A stretch of DNA of 64,000 bases, taken from contig MU004194.1 in NCBI GenBank assembly GCA_010093605.1, positions 720,323 to 784,322 of the forward strand. Reading direction: 5' to 3'. This DNA comes from Lophium mytilinum. Taxonomy: Eukaryota. The notes below the pieces were generated by a model, which saw only the letters and a list, made by a program, of their open reading frames with translations, was not told the DNA's origin and did no database searches. This document shows positions 34,400 through 47,463 of this stretch, one piece after another. The position numbers and the translations under genes are program-made. Numbering within the stretch: the first letter of the stretch is position 1; every line of letters begins with the position of its first letter.

Positions 34400-37300
34400 A
34401 TGACAGTTCGTATACTCGTTGCTGTTTCCCAGTCTTCACCCTAGGGCTCTGCCTAGGCACCGAGCGTATATTAAGCACAGCCTAGCCCGCAGAGGCTTCC
34501 TCCTCTACACACCCTTCAAGTCCGCCCGCATACTACATTATGACCAGCGTACTGACAAATTTGAAATCGTTGCAGGACTCCATCATGCAGGTCGACAGCC
34601 CCGCTGCTGCCGCCGAGCAGCTGAGAGCTGCCGACGGAGAGATCGACGAGTCTCTCTACAGCAGACAACTCTACGTGCTGGGGCACGAGGCCATGAAGCG
34701 TATGGGGTCCTCCAACATCCTCATCGCGGGGCTCCGAGGCCTCGGCGTGGAAATCGCCAAGAATATCGCACTGGCCGGCGTCAAGTCCCTGACTCTCTTC
34801 GATCCGAAACCTGCCACTATAGCCGACCTTTCTTCTCAGTTCTTCCTGCACCCAGAGGATGTGGGCAAGCCTCGAGCCCAAGTCACAGTCCCCCGCGTCT
34901 CCGAGCTGAATCCCTATACCCCTGTTCGAGAACACACAGCCGCAGACCTCACGTCGGATTTGAGTCTGCTGAAACAATACCAAGTCGTGGTCCTCACGGA
35001 TACGCTGTTAAGAGACCAGGTCAAGATCGCTGACTATTGTCACGAGAATGGCATCTACGTCGTCATTACGGATACATTTGGGCTTTTTGGAACAATCTTC
35101 ACAGATTTTGGCAAGAACTTTACCTGTGGGGACCCCACGGGCGAGCAGGAGCTGAATGGCATTGTGGCCGACATCGATTCCGAGGGATTGGTGTCTGCGT
35201 TGGACGAGACCAGACACGGTCTAGAAGACGGCGATCATGTCACTTTTACTGAGGTGCAAGGCATGGATGCTCTTAACGACTGTGCACCCCGAAAGATTGA
35301 AGTGAAAGGACCCTACACCTTCTCCATCGGCGATGTTTCGGGGCTCGGAACATACAAGCGCGGAGGACTGTACATCCAAAAGAAAATGCCAAAATTCATC
35401 GACTTCGAGACGATGAGCAAGCAGCTAGCCAAACCCGAATTGCTGATCTCGGATTTTGCCAAGTTTGACCGACCTCAACAGCTTCATGTCGGCATCCAGG
35501 CTCTCCATGCCTTCGCGGAAAAGCACAATGGAGAGTTTCCAAGGCCCCACAACGAAGACGATGCCTCAGAGGTCTTGAAAATTGCGTCAGGCTTAGCAGG
35601 TGAAGGAGAGGACAAGGTTGAATTGGACGAGAAACTACTAAAAGAGCTCAGCTATCAAGCCCGTGGCGACCTCACACCTATGGCAGCCTTCTTTGGCGGT
35701 CTCGCGGCGCAAGAGGTGCTGAAGTCCGTCTCCGGAAAGTTCCACCCAATTGTGCAATGGCTGTACTTCGATTCCCTCGAATCTCTGCCAGAATCCACCC
35801 CACGCTCCGAGGAAAATTGCAAACCACTTGGAACTCGTTACGACGGCCAGATTGCAGTCTTCGGAAAAGACTACCAGACCAAGTTGTCAAATGTCAAGCA
35901 ATTCTTGGTTGGAGCCGGCGCGATTGGTTGTGAGATGCTCAAGAACTGGGCTATGATGGGGCTTGCTGCAGGCCCGGAGGGCAGGATATCCGTAACGGAT
36001 AACGATAACATTGAAAAGAGCAATCTGAATCGGCAATTCCTCTTCAGGCCTAAGGATGTGGGCAAGTTGAAGAGCGACTGCGCTGCTGAAGCAGTCCAAG
36101 CGATGAACCCAGATCTGAAAGGCAAGATTGTGACCATGCAGGATAAAGTCGGACAAGAAACAGAGCATATTTTCAACGAGGATTTCTGGGAAGAGCTCGA
36201 CGCGATTACAAACGCGTTGGACAATGTCGAGGCCCGTACTTATGTTGACCGACGATGTGTCTTCTTCCGGAAGCCTTTGTTGGACAGCGGCACACTTGGA
36301 ACGAAAGGCAACACCCAAGTCGTGCTGCCCAATATCACCGAGTCGTACTCGTCGTCACAGGATCCTCCAGAGCAATCATTCCCAATGTGCACGCTTCGAA
36401 GCTTTCCCAACCGTATCGAACATACCATCGCATGGGCTAAGGACCTCTTCCACGCCTTCTTCGTTCAGCCGGCGGAGGTGGTCAACCTGTACCTTACGCA
36501 ACCGGGTTATCTTCAGGCTTCTCTCAAACAGTCAGGGAACGAGAAGCAGACTTTGGAGACGCTTCGCGATTTCTTGGTTGTCGACAAGCCACTGACCTTT
36601 GACGATTGCATTATTTGGGCGCGAATGCAGTTCGAAAAGCAGTACAACAACGCCATCCAACAGCTACTTTACAATTTCCCCAAGGACTCCACCACGTCCT
36701 CTGGACAGCTGTTCTGGTCGGGACCGAAGCGAGCCCCTGACGCATTGAAGTTCGACCCTTCGAACCCTACGCACTTCCTGTTCGTCGAGGCTGCTGCTAA
36801 TCTCCATGCTTTCAACTACAACATCAAAGCAAACAACGTCAGCAAGCAAACATACCTGGACGTTCTCGATGACATGATCATCCCAGACTTCAAGCCAGAC
36901 CCGGGCGTCAAGATTCAAGCTAGCGACAATGATCCAGATCCAAATGCTCAGCAGTCATCATTGGACAACGACAACCAAGAGCTTTCGAATATTGCCAACA
37001 CTTTGCCCCCTCCAAAGTCGCTCGCTGGGTATAAGCTCGAGCCAGTCGAGTTTGAAAAGGACGATGACACAAACCACCATATCGACTTTATTACAGCGGC
37101 TAGCAACCTGCGTGCCGAGAACTACAAGATTGTGCAGGCTGATCGACACAAGACCAAGTTCATTGCCGGAAAGATCATTCCAGCAATTGCAACTACTACT
37201 GCTCTTGTGACAGGTCTCGTCAACCTTGAGCTCTACAAGATCGTGGATGGGAAGACAGACATTGAGCAGTACAAAAACGGTTTCATAAACCTAGCTCTTC

Positions 37301-37731
37301 CGTTCTTCGGCTTCAGCGAGCCAATCGCGAGCCCGAAGGGCACGTACACTGGCACCAATGGAGAGGTCCAAATCGATAAGCTGTGGGATCGCTTCGAGGT
37401 TGAGAACGTCACGCTGAAGCAGTTCGTGGATGACTTCAAGGCGAAGGGTCTTGATGTCCAGATGATCAGCTCCGGCGTCAGCTTATTGTATGCTTCCTTC
37501 TACCCGCCGGCCAAATTAAAGGATCGTCTAGTCCTCCCGTAAGTGATCTCATGCTTTTTATCAGTAAAGATCAAGTGCTAACCAAGGAACAGACTGAGCG
37601 AGCTCGTCGAGACCATCAGCAAGAAACCCATTCCTTCTCACCAGAAGAACGTCATCTTCGAAGTCACAGCAGAAGACACGACAGGCGAGGACGTCGAAAT
37701 CCCCTATGTCATGATGAAGCTACGGAAGTAG
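34400..37731 (+). CDS. UBA1: Ubiquitin-activating enzyme E1 (exons 34400-34405, 34576-37538, 37593-37731)
   Basis: [37 protein letters not shown], catalytic [37 protein letters not shown]. The last intron restores the UFD C-terminus (EDVEIPYV). The 6-nt first coding exon is inferred from splice signals. Confidence 0.97.
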
Positions 37732-39106
37732 AAAGTGCTCTCGTGTGCATCGGTAGTTTAGGTTGGAAACGTGATGTGCGGGCTCTGATCGCTGCGCACC
37801 TCCAGCTGCATAGATACAAAGGTAGTGGCATGATTGCATGCATGCATCAATGCCTGGAAATAGAATGAATAGACGAAAGCTTTGAACAATGCAAAACAAG
37901 GGGTTGTGACCAATGATGACGGGGGGCATGTGCAGAGGAACCTACCCTTGTAACCAACAGCCCTTTTACCCTAACGCATGCGTATCCTCGAGTATACCTG
38001 ATCAGCAGCCTAACGCATCTTCCGGCTAGCTGGTTCAGGAAGGCCGCACCGTCGTCCAAAATACATGTCGGGACGTCCGAAGTTTAAAGCATACAACCTC
38101 GTCGTACTCAGTCTTCATCACCATGGGGTTGGAACCCGTATTCGGAAAGTTACTTGGTCGCGGGAAACATACCGCCTCGAGCAGGTACTAGGTGTCTGAC
38201 GCAGCGGACCCTTGCTCTCATCACCCGTCGCATCCTTCCCCACGGCCGACGCGGCCCGCTCCCTGCGAAACACCGGACTTAGATGTTCCGCGCGTTCTAG
38301 CCTCGAAGAGGGAGTGTGGCTTTGGAGCGTCTGGCGCCACTGATGGATCTGTGGGAGCGTGCTGAACTACGGGGCGTGCGAGTTGGCGGGAGGGGGACCA
38401 TGGATGGGTGGGTGGATAGTGTTTGATCCTTTTGTTCGGCGTGGAGCGGATGGTGGGCTTTGGTGGGGAAAGGCGGAGGTTAGTGATATACAGGCGAAAC
38501 AAGCGCAGAGGGTGGTCGTATCGGGGTATCTGGGAGAGGCATGGCAACGCTCTCACGCGTTATGAAGTCGGCTGAGGGATTCCTAGGAAGGGAAATTTGC
38601 GAGCTCCGAGGCTGTAAGCTCTTGAGGATGTAAATTTTAAGATGCAATCTGGATTGGGGAGTTGGTTGCTGGTGGGTGCTATGCCTGCAGAGTTTGCGTT
38701 ACCGAGTATTCCATCTACTGCATATTGCGTCGTTGCATGGTGAGAGAATTTTGCTGGGATCATTTTGAGTTTCGGAGGGTGCCAGGGAACCTGCAGGCAT
38801 GGGGTGCTACATATGCACAAGCATAGGTGGTGCTTGCTATTGCGGCACAGTTCATTGAGAATGTAACGGTTCTGTTTGAGCGCGGAGAACGGATCTGACC
38901 GAGTTCGATTGGAATGTCGGTGGGGTATCAAAGTGGTTTGAAGAGCTAGTCCATGGATGTCTATCTACAACGATCTTCGTATATGCAGAGCCCCCAACTC
39001 CCAGTGCGCCGCAATCGCCCTGCCTTTCGATCCAGGGCGTCCGTGAAGTGAAGCGGTCGTAGTCCCATAACCGCCTGCTGTGTGACATCTACAGAGATGA
39101 AGGCTG

Positions 39107-40571
39107 TCATGAGACCTGTCTCGCCTGGACCACAACCTCGTCCTTTTCATGCGACTGTCTGGGTGGCGGGGGATATGGCATCTCCTCGCTTACCTGCTCG
39201 CTCCTAACAGACACGTCTCGTTGCACCGTGATGCCACGTAGGATGTGATCTTGGCTTTCGGTTTTCCTGAGCTCGTGGTGATGCCCCACTGTTGTGAAAC
39301 TCTGGCCCAGCATTTTGCCGTCGTGGTTCCGTGTGGACTCCATGTTCTCGAGTCCATATTCCGAGAGTCTCTGGCTACCGACTCCAGGCGCTCTCCGCGC
39401 ATTGCTGCCGTACCCGTATGCGTATTGTGAGCTCTTGCTCTTGCCCACAGAGGAGAGCAGGCCTGGAAAGCACGCAGATGCTGCTTTGCGAAGACTGATC
39501 AGACAGGCGCATATCAGGCCCATCGCGGCCTCGATGAAGGACCATAGGTTCGTTGTACATGAGTCCCACGGTTGGTCAACCGCGTGAGTGGACTGCACGA
39601 GCGCTTTCATGCGAATGGCCGTTGTGATACAGACGAAGAGACCCAGCGTGAATAGGATCATCAAGCCAAGTTTCTTAGCTAGCGTCATCTGTAGGCGTCC
39701 GATCACGGGTAGCGGAAGTGTGAAGACGAAGATGTCGCTCAAAAGATCTGTTTGTAGGTCAGTCTTCATATTCGAGGTCAGCAGATCGTCCCACTCACTA
39801 AAGGCGGCCCAAGTCCACCTAGGAGTAGCATTAGCACAGTGTTCTGATGAAGACCGATGGGATAAACTCACCGGAACCAGCTGTTGTTAATGCAATGACC
39901 TGGTACATTTGCCTTGTTCCACGACTTGCGGATCGGCGTGCATTGAAAGATCGTCGCAATAACGAAAGCAAAGCTGCCCAGTACTATAACAGCGAGCGTC
40001 GCCCGGCATATCTTGCGGAATAGGGGAGTCGAGAACACTCTGAGATAGAGTAGCAAGAAAGCCAGCTTGTTGAAGGTGATGTTCACTTTGTAGAAAAGCT
40101 GAGAAAGGAAGTAGTACTGCAACATACGTCAACGACACGCTTATACGCATCTAAATTCAGTCACTTACTTTCAACGCAGTGTGAACGTTCCCGCCCATCT
40201 TCGGTATGTCTTTAGTGTGATGACCAAACCCGTACTGCGCAGCTAGATGGAAAGTCAGCAAAGGAGATTCGAGGTGTACGGAGACTTGATCAACCGATCA
40301 GCGCGAGATAGCAATACTCTGAACATACCCAAATTCAATATAATGCAGAAGCCTATCATGACAGCCTTCAGTTGGTCAGTCCAGTTGCAAGAGCGAAGTT
40401 ACAGCGTATTTCTCTTACGTTAGAGCAGATGACCATTGCCTCTTCGAGACCCAAAAACCCTCTGTGTCGCCATACTGTGAACATGCGGGCTGCAACAAGA
40501 ACCGTTGCAATTACAGTCAGAGCTATGGGCACAGCCCGTAGGTATTTGTCTTGCCCAGGAAAAGCGTCCAT
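39107..40571 (-). CDS. PTH11-like integral membrane protein (fungal rhodopsin domain, no CFEM), multi-exon
   Basis: VIATVLVAARMF, YGFGHH, KLAFLLLYLRVF, TIFQCTPIRKSW...GHC, DIFVFTLPLPVIGRLQM..KKLGL..LF.LGLFVC, WSFIEAAMGLICACL. Confidence 0.9.
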
Positions 40572-42249
40572 GGCATCGAAAAGAGATACAATACAGACGA
40601 ATTTGAAGTAACAGAGCAAGAGAGGGGCGCACAGGGAGGAACGAGGGCGGTTAAAGCATAGGCATGGTTTTGACACAAGCTCCGTTCCTGACCGCGTGAG
40701 TGAATACCGACGGCACGTTCTTGGATCACGGTGCAGATCACGACGCCAGCGTGCAAAGGTACTATCGAGTAGGACGGACAGCAAGTTCTTCCCGCCGTAG
40801 AGGGATAAGCTCTCAGGCACAGTCAGCGGTACCAGGGGGACGAAAGATGCAGCACTGCGCGTGCCAAACGCACGAAGGGTCAACAAGTCTGTACCCACCA
40901 GGACCGGCAATCTCCGAGTAGTGCAATCAGGCGGGCTGGTTGGATGTCGTGTATCGTGAGGCAACGGAGGCAGACCAGCCGCTAACGCTCCGATCTCAAT
41001 GCAGAAGTCGATTAGATTGAGGATCGTCCTAGGTACAGAGCTGCTCCATCCAGTGACTGCTGTCGGGTCATGCTAGCAGCGACTCGATGCCACAGGGAGC
41101 AGGTTATCGTGTTGTCTGCAACACCGTGGACGACATGATTGGCCTCTACAAGTGGTCCTTGGTGCAGCCCATGGAGCCACACGGGAAGCCAAGAGAGCGA
41201 ATCTGATCAGCACTCAGAGGTCCAGCATGCGGTTGGCCGTTGATCAAGCCTCGAAAGGGATGTACGGACTCGGTCTTGCTGCCGTGTCCGCGAGAGTGCA
41301 GATTCTAACGTCTTCTCGATGCGGGTGGAGCTTGGGGGGACGCCTGGAGGAATGCTGCGGGACGTCAGAGAGTGGTGCAAGGGCGCACAATGCTCAGCAG
41401 CTCCTTCGCGCGTGGCGTGTTCGTCTGGAAGGCTTTCTCTGGGATCCGGCTCCCGTGTGGCGGATATATTGGACGGGAGGGGGCAGCTGTGTTGGCGGAG
41501 GCAAGGCACATTGCCCACACCATTCGCCGAGCGTGAAGCAGGGGAGGTCGTCAATCTCTGCCAGCGATCCCATGCGCGATCCGTCAGCGATCCTGGACAA
41601 GGAGTGACCGAGCCGGCATCCGTCTCACTCCCGTTGGCTTAGGATGGCCACCATGCCCGACACGGTCTAGGCGGCGGTACTACATGCCCAAGGAGTCGAC
41701 CTTAATCCTACGCCAGCTCCCCACACTCCCTCGCCAACCCCATCTCAACCATCTCAGCCATCTCTCCATCCCGCTCACCGGGCCCATCCCGGCCACGCCG
41801 CGCTGTCGGGACATCCAGGGCGCCAGGGTCCTCTGCCGTCTGTAGCGTCGTATCGCGCTTCAGCGTCGGTATCAGCCCATGGCGATCCCCATATCCTCCC
41901 AATATTAGCGTCCATTCAGCCTGCAACATGCCCTTACAGCCGATCCCAACCGTCTGGGTGGCCCGCGACAGCAGCCAGCGACAGCAGCTCTCCCTGTGCA
42001 ACTGGCCTGCCGCTGGTGAATTGATAGTTCGCCCCGATGACAACCCTGAAATGTCAAGAGTTGCGTCTGCTGGTGTCCCCGTTGTTGTCCTACGTTCACC
42101 GTCTTTTTCTTTCTCTGCCTTTCTCTTATAGCTGTGACACCTGCCTTTAGCATCGTTCACTCTGTCTGGCTCGGACTCCTTCTACTAGAGCAGCCCCATA
42201 TACTAGCGTAGCCCCCAATCATTCACTCCCTTTTTTCGCTTTCTTCAAC

Positions 42250-43978
42250 ATGGTGTCAGAGAAGGATCTCGAGGTCACTGCTGGGTCGTATTCTGGCTCT
42301 GAGAGCCCGACCACCTCTCACCCGCCGCTGGACCCGCAAGTGGAGAAGCGGATCGTGAGAAAGCTCGACATGAAGGTCATCCCGATCCTGTGGATCCTCT
42401 ACCTCGTGTCTTTTGTCGATCGAGGAAACATAGGTAATGATCACCCCAGAGCATTGATGGCGTCAAGAGCTGACACGATATTGCGCTGTATCAGGCAATG
42501 CCAAAATCCAAGGCATGGACAAGGAGCTGAAGCTCGAGGGGCAGATGTTCAACATCGCTGTCATCGTCTTCAACATCGGCTATGTCATCGCCGGCATCCC
42601 TCTAAGCATACTTTTCCGGAAGACGGGCCCGAAATCGCTCGCGATCATGATGTTCGCTTGGGGTGGGCACCCTCGTTGATGTAACCGTCTACTTATTTGC
42701 TAACATCGCTGGCAGGCCTGACCGTTATTGGCCAAGGGTTGACCAAAAGCTACGCAGGCCTCGTCGCTTGTAGGACCTTGGAAGGTATCGCGGAGGCCGC
42801 TTTCGTCCCTGGCGCAGCCTATCTCATTGGATCCTACTACAAGAGAAACGAGTTCCTCAAGCGCTACGTCATCTTTTTCAGTGCTGGAATCTTTGCAGGC
42901 GCCATCAATGGGGTACGAGTCTGAGCTGCAATAGTGCCAACCGTTTGCTGATCATTCAATAGTTCCTCGCGTATCTGTTCGTGAAGATGGATGGCATTGG
43001 TGGCTACTCCGGCTGGCGATGGTAAGAGCATATGGAATGGCGCTCGTTCGCAATCCAATCTAATCTCTTATGGCAGGATCTTCATCATGGAGGGGCTGAT
43101 CACTGTCCTCATCAGCTTCGCTTGCATATTTTCCATCGTGCCCTTCCCTGAGCAGTCAACCTTTTTGGCCCCTGAAGAGAAAGAGATTCTTCTAGCCCGG
43201 CTCAAAGCAGATGGCGGTGCCGTGGAGCACGACAAGCTTACAGTAGGGCGCGCTCTAGGGTTCTTCAAGGACTGGAAGATCTGGGCAGCGTAAGTATCTA
43301 CCATCCTTCGATTGAAACCTTGCTAACCCTGTCAGCATCATCATCTATGTCGGTGCTGAAGAGAACGCAAACTCGATTGTCAACTTCCAACCCAGCATTC
43401 TCAAAGGCATCGGGTACACAGCCATCGAAGCCCAGACCCACACGATCCCAGTTTATGTTACCGCTATGGCGTTCTCAATCAGCTGCGCTGTGTTGAGCGA
43501 GTATTCCCGCCAGAGATATGTCTTCGCCATGGTTGGATTCAGCACACTTTGCATTGGTCTCGCTGTGGAGATTTCTCAGTCAAAGGTCGCAGGCGTGAAG
43601 TACATGGGCATGTTCTTCATGACTTCCGGTGCGTACCTAGTCATGCCCCTGGCCGTCGTTTGGATCGCCATAAACGTTGGTAAGGGCTACAAGCGTACCG
43701 TCGCTTTAGGCGCCATTGTTGCCTTTGGCAACTGCGGCGCTTTCGTCGGCTCGAACGTATTTCTCACGTCGGAGGCAAAGACTGGCTACCATACTGGTTT
43801 CAGCGTGGGCATGGCGTTCTGCTGTGCTGGCGCTCTCGCTTCGACTATTTTGTATATCGGTATGCGTTCAGGTAACAAGAAGCGGGACGAAACGAGGGGA
43901 ACGTTGCCTCTGGTCTTGGATGAGCTGAGTCTGGAGGACATGGGTGAGAAGCATCCGGACTTCCGTTACTCGTTGTAA
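42250..43978 (+). CDS. MFS transporter, anion:cation symporter (Dal5/Tna1-like) family, multi-exon
   Basis: EKRIVRKLDMKVIPILWILYLVSFVDRGNIG(N), RTLEGIAEAAFVPG..Y.IGSYY, GYSGWR.IFIMEG, C-terminal GEKHPDFRYSL. Confidence 0.93.
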
Positions 43979-45077
43979 CCATTTGTCATGCGCGGGGATG
44001 GTCCAGCCTTTGCAAAGGATCAGTTAGAAGGTTTAAGTAAGAGGTCTCGGTTGCAAATAGATGACTGTGATCTATCAATCTAGTGTTATTCTTATACAGC
44101 CATCACTGATGACTCGATTTATGGTGTCCAGTTCCGTACGTCTCACTTTTCAGCTTTCAGGTGGTGTAGTGGGTCCTCGCGACTATTCTCAGTGCCGCAG
44201 GTCTGTCCTCCCTATGGCTCAGAATTGCGTGTTCGCCAAGTGGTCCTTGAACGAGCACTGATCAAGAGTATTGGAGCACAACCTAGCTGTTCAGCGCTGT
44301 CTGATATGATCGTTGGAACACCTTTCATTTTCAAGGTCTATTGAGCGCCGACTCCCGGTTATAGGGCTATGCTCTACCAGGTCGCTCAGGAGGGTCTTAC
44401 CGTGTTTCCAGTGTCGAATACATATGATTCAAAATGAGGATAAACAGGACTCGCAGGTGGAATGCCGTGCTACGCCACTGCACCGCCACTGTACCTCCAT
44501 AGACGCCCAGCCACCCGGAATATCCCCGTCGAGCTTGGGCCGCCCGCAGCGATGGTGTCGCGGGAGAGGAGCTCATGGAGTCAAGGGTGCGAGCGCAGGC
44601 TAGCCACTCGAAGCGACTCTCCGCGTGTTCGTAGGTTTCGTGTGATGGTTTGGGTCGCATCACCACCGAATCGACGCTGCGATGATTGCGATAGACATGC
44701 TGAAGCCGCACAGCCACTGTGAAACAACCCATACTCGACGATGTCATCCCCATCGCTCAAGCTCCTTAGTGGTCCTTGGCTGTGCTTGGCAGACACTCTC
44801 CGCCCAGCCTCTGCTGCCCTGAAATGTCCTTTCTTGCGCCCAGTCAGATCTCCAAGCTCCTTTTAGAGCCACACGCGCTGCCGTCGCATCCGCCGCATTG
44901 CTCTCCCCATCCCCTCCACTTCTCCCGCGTCCCTTCGACACGCTCGCCGCCATTGCCCTTACAATAGCATTGCGCTAAGCTCCAAACACCACTATAAACA
45001 ACAGGATCACGAGCTGTAGCTGACATTCAGCCCCCACTCAGCCTTTCCAACGACTCAATTCTCTTCCTATTTGCAAC

Positions 45078-47414
45078 ATGAGCCTTGAACGAGAGAAGGA
45101 CCAGTTCCAGCATCAGGAAAACGAAACCCCCGAGCAGCGCGGCCTTCACCTTCACGATCCTTCTCCCCCCAACGTAGCGACGCAGGGAACCGTCCCGCAG
45201 ACTCGGCAGAATGGCATACACAGCGTGGGAACGGGCACTACGGATGAGCTTGAAGTTCTCTGTGGACCGTTGTTGAACTACAAGCGCATGAGCAACGCAG
45301 GCTCTCAAGCTCCAACATGGCACGGGAGCGTGCTCATCGTCACCAAGCCTGGGCAACATCATCCGGAGCTCACCCTGCGATGTCTAGGCCCCGCGGTAGC
45401 TAGCCAGACGAATGGCTCTGCATCAGTGTCGGGATCTGTATCTTTCCCGGGTACAAAGCTATACGAGGATCCCTACAAGGTCTTCTGGCGCTTCTTAATT
45501 GACGTGCCATTCCAGAGCTCCGAGGCGAAATGGGAGTATAGTATTGGGAGCACCGCGAATTCATCGGGAGAACGGAAGAATGGACCCAACACCTTTGTGG
45601 TCCCCTCAATTGCGCAATCAATGCGCATTCTCTTCCATTCGTGCAATGGCTTCAGCGTTGGAACTGACGTTGATGCTTGGTCAGGTCCCGCGCTTTGGAA
45701 CGATGTCCTCCGCATGCACGAGCAGAAACCTTTTCATGTAATGATCGGTGGCGGCGATCAAATTTACAACGATGGCGTAAGAGTAGACGGCCCCCTGCGC
45801 GCCTGGACAGATATTGGGAACCCGCACAAGCGTCGCGGGTATCCCTTCAATGAACAGCTGCGTGCCGAATGCGACGATTATTATTTCAACAACTACATCG
45901 GGTGGTACGGCACCAAACCTTTCTCTGACGCAAACGCCCAAATTCCGCAGCTCAACATCTGGGACGATCACGACATCATCGATGGCTTCGGCTCTTATAC
46001 CGATCGGTTCATGAGATGTGCAGTCTTCAGGGGCATTGGCGGCGTAGCACACAAATATTATCTCTTGTTCCAGCACCACATCCCACCCCCGAGGAGCACC
46101 TTCACGACGGATGCTCCAAACACAATGAACGTAGGGATGGACGGCACTCCAGAAGACCCTGTGCAAATGAAGGACACTTTCGTGAAGACAGACGACAAGG
46201 AGGATCCGTCCTATATCATTGGTAGCAAGCCTGGACCGTATGTTGAAGAGCGAAGTCGAAATCTCTACTGCCAGCTGGGTGCACGTATTGCTTTCTGTGG
46301 AATAGATGCGCGTACTGAGCGTACCAGGCATCAGATCAACTACCCAGAGACTTACAAGCAGATTTTTGACCGCCTTACCGCCGAGTTTGTAGCTAATAAG
46401 GAAATCAAACACCTAATCCTCCTCCTTGGTGTTCCCATCGCATACCCACGTCTCCAGTGGTTGGAGAACATTTTCTCCTCTCCTATTATTGCGCCAATCA
46501 AATTCTTGAACAAACGTTTTGGATTCGCGGGAGGAGTTTTCAACAAATTTGATGGCAACGTGGATCTACTTGATGACTTGGACGACCATTATACGGCACA
46601 TCAGCACAAACACGAGCGAAAGGAGTTGATTCTCCAACTTCAGGATCTTGCCAAGAAGCACTCTGTGCGCATTACTATTCTCGGTGGCGACGTTCACCTT
46701 GCCGCCATCGGGCGATTCTACTCCAACCCGAAGCTTGGAATTCCAGCCGAACGTGATTTCCGCTACATGCCTAACGTTATCAGCTCGGCCATTACCAACA
46801 AGCCACCGCCGCAAGCTGTTGCTAATCTGTTGGCCTCCAGGAACAAGATTCACCATCTTGATCATGACACTGACGAGACGCTGCTGGAGCTCTTCGACCA
46901 TGACCCAGGCCACAAGCCAGGCGAAGAGGTCATTAACGGGAATGGCAACGGCAACCGTACTGGCACGAACGAAAAGATTCCGAAGAAGACATCCGATAAG
47001 AACCATGCGACCATGCCTTCGCGCAATTACGCCATCATCACCGAGTCGCAAGCAGATCCCGCAAATGTAGCTGCCGCTGCACCAGCCCCCGCACCCCCAA
47101 CTACTACCAATGGTGACGCGTCGGCGGTTGCGGAAGGGGCTCCGGAACTTATTCATGGAGCTCCGGTGTCCGCTGTGCCTGATGTCAAAGCCAACGCCCG
47201 CAAGCCCATGCATGCCGGGGAGAATGGTGCTGGCACATTCCATCCTGCCGCCACTGGCTTACAGCCGACAGGTCTTTGCGGTGCATATGGACTCGACGTC
47301 ACTCTGAGAGTAGAGATCACCCCGAACGACAAGGAAGGGCGTACGGAAGGTTATGGATTTAGTGTTCCTGCGCTTGATGCAGCAGCTTACCTGGGCCAGG
47401 GGACCACTTGGTAG
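45078..47414 (+). CDS. PhoD-like metallophosphatase domain protein (intracellular fungal type)
   Basis: 778-aa ORF with FHSCNGFS, MIGGGDQIYND, IWDDHDIIDGFGSY, DARTERT and ILGGDVHLA metal-binding motifs; no signal peptide. Confidence 0.85.
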   Translation: MSLEREKDQFQHQENETPEQRGLHLHDPSPPNVATQGTVPQTRQNGIHSVGTGTTDELEVLCGPLLNYKRMSNAGSQAPTWHGSVLIVTKPGQHHPELTLRCLGPAVASQTNGSASVSGSVSFPGTKLYEDPYKVFWRFLIDVPFQSSEAKWEYSIGSTANSSGERKNGPNTFVVPSIAQSMRILFHSCNGFSVGTDVDAWSGPALWNDVLRMHEQKPFHVMIGGGDQIYNDGVRVDGPLRAWTDIGNPHKRRGYPFNEQLRAECDDYYFNNYIGWYGTKPFSDANAQIPQLNIWDDHDIIDGFGSYTDRFMRCAVFRGIGGVAHKYYLLFQHHIPPPRSTFTTDAPNTMNVGMDGTPEDPVQMKDTFVKTDDKEDPSYIIGSKPGPYVEERSRNLYCQLGARIAFCGIDARTERTRHQINYPETYKQIFDRLTAEFVANKEIKHLILLLGVPIAYPRLQWLENIFSSPIIAPIKFLNKRFGFAGGVFNKFDGNVDLLDDLDDHYTAHQHKHERKELILQLQDLAKKHSVRITILGGDVHLAAIGRFYSNPKLGIPAERDFRYMPNVISSAITNKPPPQAVANLLASRNKIHHLDHDTDETLLELFDHDPGHKPGEEVINGNGNGNRTGTNEKIPKKTSDKNHATMPSRNYAIITESQADPANVAAAAPAPAPPTTTNGDASAVAEGAPELIHGAPVSAVPDVKANARKPMHAGENGAGTFHPAATGLQPTGLCGAYGLDVTLRVEITPNDKEGRTEGYGFSVPALDAAAYLGQGTTW

Positions 47415-47463
47415 ATTTTGGTTAATTTAGGCAAGCGTAGTGGAAATACCCTTTGAATCTTCG

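Noticed and set aside
38120..38640. Possible relic of a fructosamine-kinase-like gene (DLW and VFDP fragments, C-to-G skew)
   Set aside because: The fragments are in different frames with several stops; too little to support a call without a search.
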